Source: an uncultured Chromatiales bacterium
Lineage (GTDB): Bacteria; Pseudomonadota; Gammaproteobacteria; JACKNK01; CAYPEH01
DNA: 41,630 nucleotides
Assembly: GCA_964409585.1 (NCBI GenBank)
Contig: CAYPEH010000001.1
Span: 1-41,630, forward strand
Direction of reading: 5' to 3'
Part shown: one piece after another, positions 38,994 to 41,630 of the stretch
Layout of the letters: every line of letters starts with the position of its first letter
How positions within the stretch are numbered: position 1 is the first letter of the stretch
Notes under the pieces: generated by a model
What the model was told of the DNA's origin: nothing
Databases searched by the model: none
The model's input: the letters and a program-made list of their open reading frames with translations, nothing else
Position numbers and translations under genes: made by a program

Positions 38994-41630
38994 TTGTCCC
39001 AGTCTCATTCCAGCCATTCAATCTTCCTGATCAGCCTGTCGCTGGCTGCCTCTCTGGCGCCCGGGAGGGCGGCCGCAGACGATGGCCAATGGGTCTGCCT
39101 GCCATCCAGTGGAGATGGCTGGGAGTGCGTGCGTGCCGGCACCGTCAGCAAACAGGCGCGCCAGGAAGCCGTGCAGGTCCTGAGTGAAAAAATCGCCGCC
39201 ACACCCCCTCCTGAACCGGCACCGGAACCAACCGGGGAAACTGCGGCGGCACAGATGGCCGAAGCATCGGAACCTGTGACACCGGAACCCGTAACACCGG
39301 AACCCGTTGTGGAACAGGCTCCTGCTACGGCCGCGGAAACCCCCGCCCCCGCACCAGCCAGTAAGCCGTCCGCAACCGGGGAGCCATCGATTCTCGCCGA
39401 TGCCGAAGTCATGCAGGTCGAATCCCGTCCCGACCTGATCGCCCCCATCCAGGAGGAGCCGGAACAGTCACCGGCCCAACAGGCCACCGCTGAACCACCG
39501 GCGCGGGTACAGCAACGGGAACCGGAACCAGGATCTGAACCGCAAACCGTGACCACGCCGGCGGCGGATGACTCCGCCTCATCCCCTGCCACGGAAACGG
39601 CCGTTGCGGTTACTGAAGGTGAGCGAGTGGGTGAACAGGAGCCGGAGACCAAAACCGGGGTCGAACCTTCATCCCCTGGCAGTGTGACAGAAGCTGCCGC
39701 CCGCCAGCCACGCCACCGCCGTCCCACCCCACAACCGGTGGAGCCCATCGACCCCCGCCTGGAGGCCAGACTGGAGCAGGAATTTGGCGACAGCGATTAC
39801 CGCTGGCCACCTGAAATGCTCGTGTTACAAAGGCTGAGGGCGGAAGATGACGAAGTGGATGACTTCAAGGAAGAGCCTGAACCGGACCCGGAACTGGCGG
39901 ATCTGCCTGCGGACTTTCTGCGTATTCTGAAAGAATTCGAATCGGTGCAGACCATCCGCCCTGAGCGCCCGTTGCTGGAGCATCTGGACTGGACTTTCTG
40001 CCAACCCTATGAACTCTGGTACCAGCCGCGTCCGCCCGTGCCGGTACCGTCCCAGAGCGAACGCGCCAACGCCCCGACCTTCATCGTCGGCAATCACATG
40101 GAGCAACGCACGCCGGACATCTCCGTGTGGAGCGGCGATGCGGAGGTCAGCCAGGCCGACCAGCGGATGAGTGCCGACACCATCGTCCATGACCGTGCCA
40201 ACAACATCGCCGAGGGCATTGGCAATGTGAAATACCGCGAAAACGGCATGAGCCTGACCAGCTCATTCGGACGTACCATGCTGGACGCGGACCGGCATCA
40301 TTTCGAAGACACCCATTTCTACCTGCAGGGGAAACATGCCCAGGGCAAGGCGGAGGTCATCGATACCCATGGTTCATTCCTCCGCTATCTGTCCAACACC
40401 ACCTACTCCACCTGCCCGGCCGACAAACAGGACTGGGTGATGACCAGTGACCGCACCGACCTGGACTACGAGGAAGGCATCGGTGAGTCCTACCACGCGG
40501 TGCTGAGATTCAAGAACGTTCCCATCCTCTACACCCCATACATCAATTTCCCGCTGGACGACCGGCGCAAGACCGGCTTCCTGCGCCCCACCTACGGCGA
40601 CACCTCATCCGGCGGGCGCAAGATCAGCATCCCGTTCTACTGGAACATCGCCCCTCACCGCGACGCATTGATCACCAGCCATTGGAACGAATATCGCGGC
40701 TGGCATTTCGTAGGAGAAGGGCGGTACCTGAACCCCTTCAGCAGCGGCCTGGTCAATGCCGAGTACATCTACAACGACCGCAGCTATGGTGACAGCCGCG
40801 GCTATCTGAGCCTGGTGCACGACACCAATCCGCTGGACAACCTGGATATCAACCTCACCTACCGGCACGTCTCGGACAAGGATTATTTCAACGACCTCGG
40901 CACCTCGCTGGCCACCTCCACCGTCACCCATCTGGAACGCTCCCTGTCGGCCAGCTATTCCACCGAATACTGGTCCGTCGATGCCTTTACCAATGCCTAC
41001 CAGCTGGTGGACAAGACCTACACCGGCGCGGAACCCTACAAGCAGTTGCCAAAACTGAATTTCCGCGCCACGCTGCCACCGAACGATTGGGATCTCGATC
41101 TATCCCTCAGCGGCGAACTGGTGAACTTCCAACGCGATACGGGGGTGACCGGGCCGCGCCTCGTGCTCACACCGACCCTCAGCCGCAGTTTCAGCGAGAG
41201 TTATGGTTATATCACCCCTTCCGTGTCACTGACCCACACCCGTTACTGGCTGGAGAACCAGGACACCGGCCAGACCGGCAATCCATCGGTCACGGTACCC
41301 AGCTTCAAGCTTGCCGGCGGCCTGAACTTCGAGCGCGACACCCGGCTCGGCGACCGTGATGTCTACCAGACCCTGGAGCCATCACTCACCTTCGATTACA
41401 CGCCCTACCGCAACCAGTCGCACATGCCCACCTTCGACTCGGGCAATCTGACCTTCGGTAGCGCGCAGCTTCAGTCGAGCGAGCGTTTCTCCGGCAACGA
41501 CCGCGTGGGAGACACCAAGCAGCTCACCTTCAACCTGACTTCCAAGCTCCTGGACGCCATCACGGGCGACACCTGGGCATCGGCCAGCATCGGTCAGGTG
41601 TACTACCTGGACGACCGGCGGGTGACCCTG
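38994..41630 (+). CDS. lptD: LPS-assembly outer-membrane protein LptD (5' partial, continues beyond the window)
   Basis: An open frame runs to the window end and is not in the ORF track because it has no stop. Signal-like IFLISLSLAASLAPGRAAA. OstA-N-like block GNVKYRENGMSLTS. Barrel region with NVPILYTPYINFPLDDRRKTGFL and SIPFYWNIAPHRD. The start is tentatively TTG 38994, with no ATG/GTG nearby in frame. Confidence 0.85.
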   Translation, partial: MSQSHSSHSIFLISLSLAASLAPGRAAADDGQWVCLPSSGDGWECVRAGTVSKQARQEAVQVLSEKIAATPPPEPAPEPTGETAAAQMAEASEPVTPEPVTPEPVVEQAPATAAETPAPAPASKPSATGEPSILADAEVMQVESRPDLIAPIQEEPEQSPAQQATAEPPARVQQREPEPGSEPQTVTTPAADDSASSPATETAVAVTEGERVGEQEPETKTGVEPSSPGSVTEAAARQPRHRRPTPQPVEPIDPRLEARLEQEFGDSDYRWPPEMLVLQRLRAEDDEVDDFKEEPEPDPELADLPADFLRILKEFESVQTIRPERPLLEHLDWTFCQPYELWYQPRPPVPVPSQSERANAPTFIVGNHMEQRTPDISVWSGDAEVSQADQRMSADTIVHDRANNIAEGIGNVKYRENGMSLTSSFGRTMLDADRHHFEDTHFYLQGKHAQGKAEVIDTHGSFLRYLSNTTYSTCPADKQDWVMTSDRTDLDYEEGIGESYHAVLRFKNVPILYTPYINFPLDDRRKTGFLRPTYGDTSSGGRKISIPFYWNIAPHRDALITSHWNEYRGWHFVGEGRYLNPFSSGLVNAEYIYNDRSYGDSRGYLSLVHDTNPLDNLDINLTYRHVSDKDYFNDLGTSLATSTVTHLERSLSASYSTEYWSVDAFTNAYQLVDKTYTGAEPYKQLPKLNFRATLPPNDWDLDLSLSGELVNFQRDTGVTGPRLVLTPTLSRSFSESYGYITPSVSLTHTRYWLENQDTGQTGNPSVTVPSFKLAGGLNFERDTRLGDRDVYQTLEPSLTFDYTPYRNQSHMPTFDSGNLTFGSAQLQSSERFSGNDRVGDTKQLTFNLTSKLLDAITGDTWASASIGQVYYLDDRRVTL

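Noticed and set aside
39270-39310. Short tandem 15-nt repeats, considered as a possible CRISPR or VNTR locus
   Set aside because: There are only about 2.5 units. They are in frame, encode EPVTP repeats within lptD and have no spacers. This is not a CRISPR array.
39005-39748. 247-aa minus-strand ORF opposite the lptD low-complexity region, and the overlapping 38855..39187 plus-strand ORF
   Set aside because: The minus-strand ORF is the antisense reading of the Pro/Glu-rich repeat region and gives Gly/Ser/Ala-rich nonsense. The plus-strand ORF is out of frame with the continuous LptD frame that carries the conserved motifs.

Overview
GC-rich chromosomal segment with Pseudomonas-like gammaproteobacterial synteny. 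It is almost entirely core genes, most on the minus strand. Left to right: a hairpin-containing repeat, zapD-yacG (+), a Nudix/ThiE-like fusion, argJ, secA, an M23 peptidase and dciA (+). Next comes a complete division/cell-wall (dcw) cluster, transcribed right to left: mraZ-rsmH-ftsL-ftsI-murE-murF-mraY-murD-ftsW-murG-murC-[65-aa ORF]-murB~ddl-ftsQ-ftsA-ftsZ-lpxC. Its Pmra-type promoter and three TGGGN MraZ boxes are readable. After it come RNase P RNA (rnpB), yqaA, a 664-aa OLD-family-like ABC ATPase, adk, a 117-aa hypothetical protein, PPi-dependent phosphofructokinase plus H+-pyrophosphatase (+), a GCS2-family ligase, murU, amgK and the 5' part of lptD (+, runs off the window). The best candidate for something new is the only clearly accessory gene. 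It encodes an ABC ATPase fused to a TOPRIM_OLD-like domain whose DxD metal site reads GNG. It lies 25 nt upstream of yqaA, is bracketed by two large imperfect palindromes and is wedged between adk and rnpB. Other points of interest: a strongly signalled 65-aa ORF translationally coupled to murB inside the dcw cluster; murB and ddl forming one continuous reading frame; a ~91-nt repeat present twice about 35.6 kb apart; and an lptD with a ~285-aa Pro/Glu-rich insert. All calls rest on reading the sequence and the ORF track. No searches were run, and hand-derived coordinates may be off by 1-2 nt. The many long ORFs antisense to real genes are treated as high-GC shadow ORFs.
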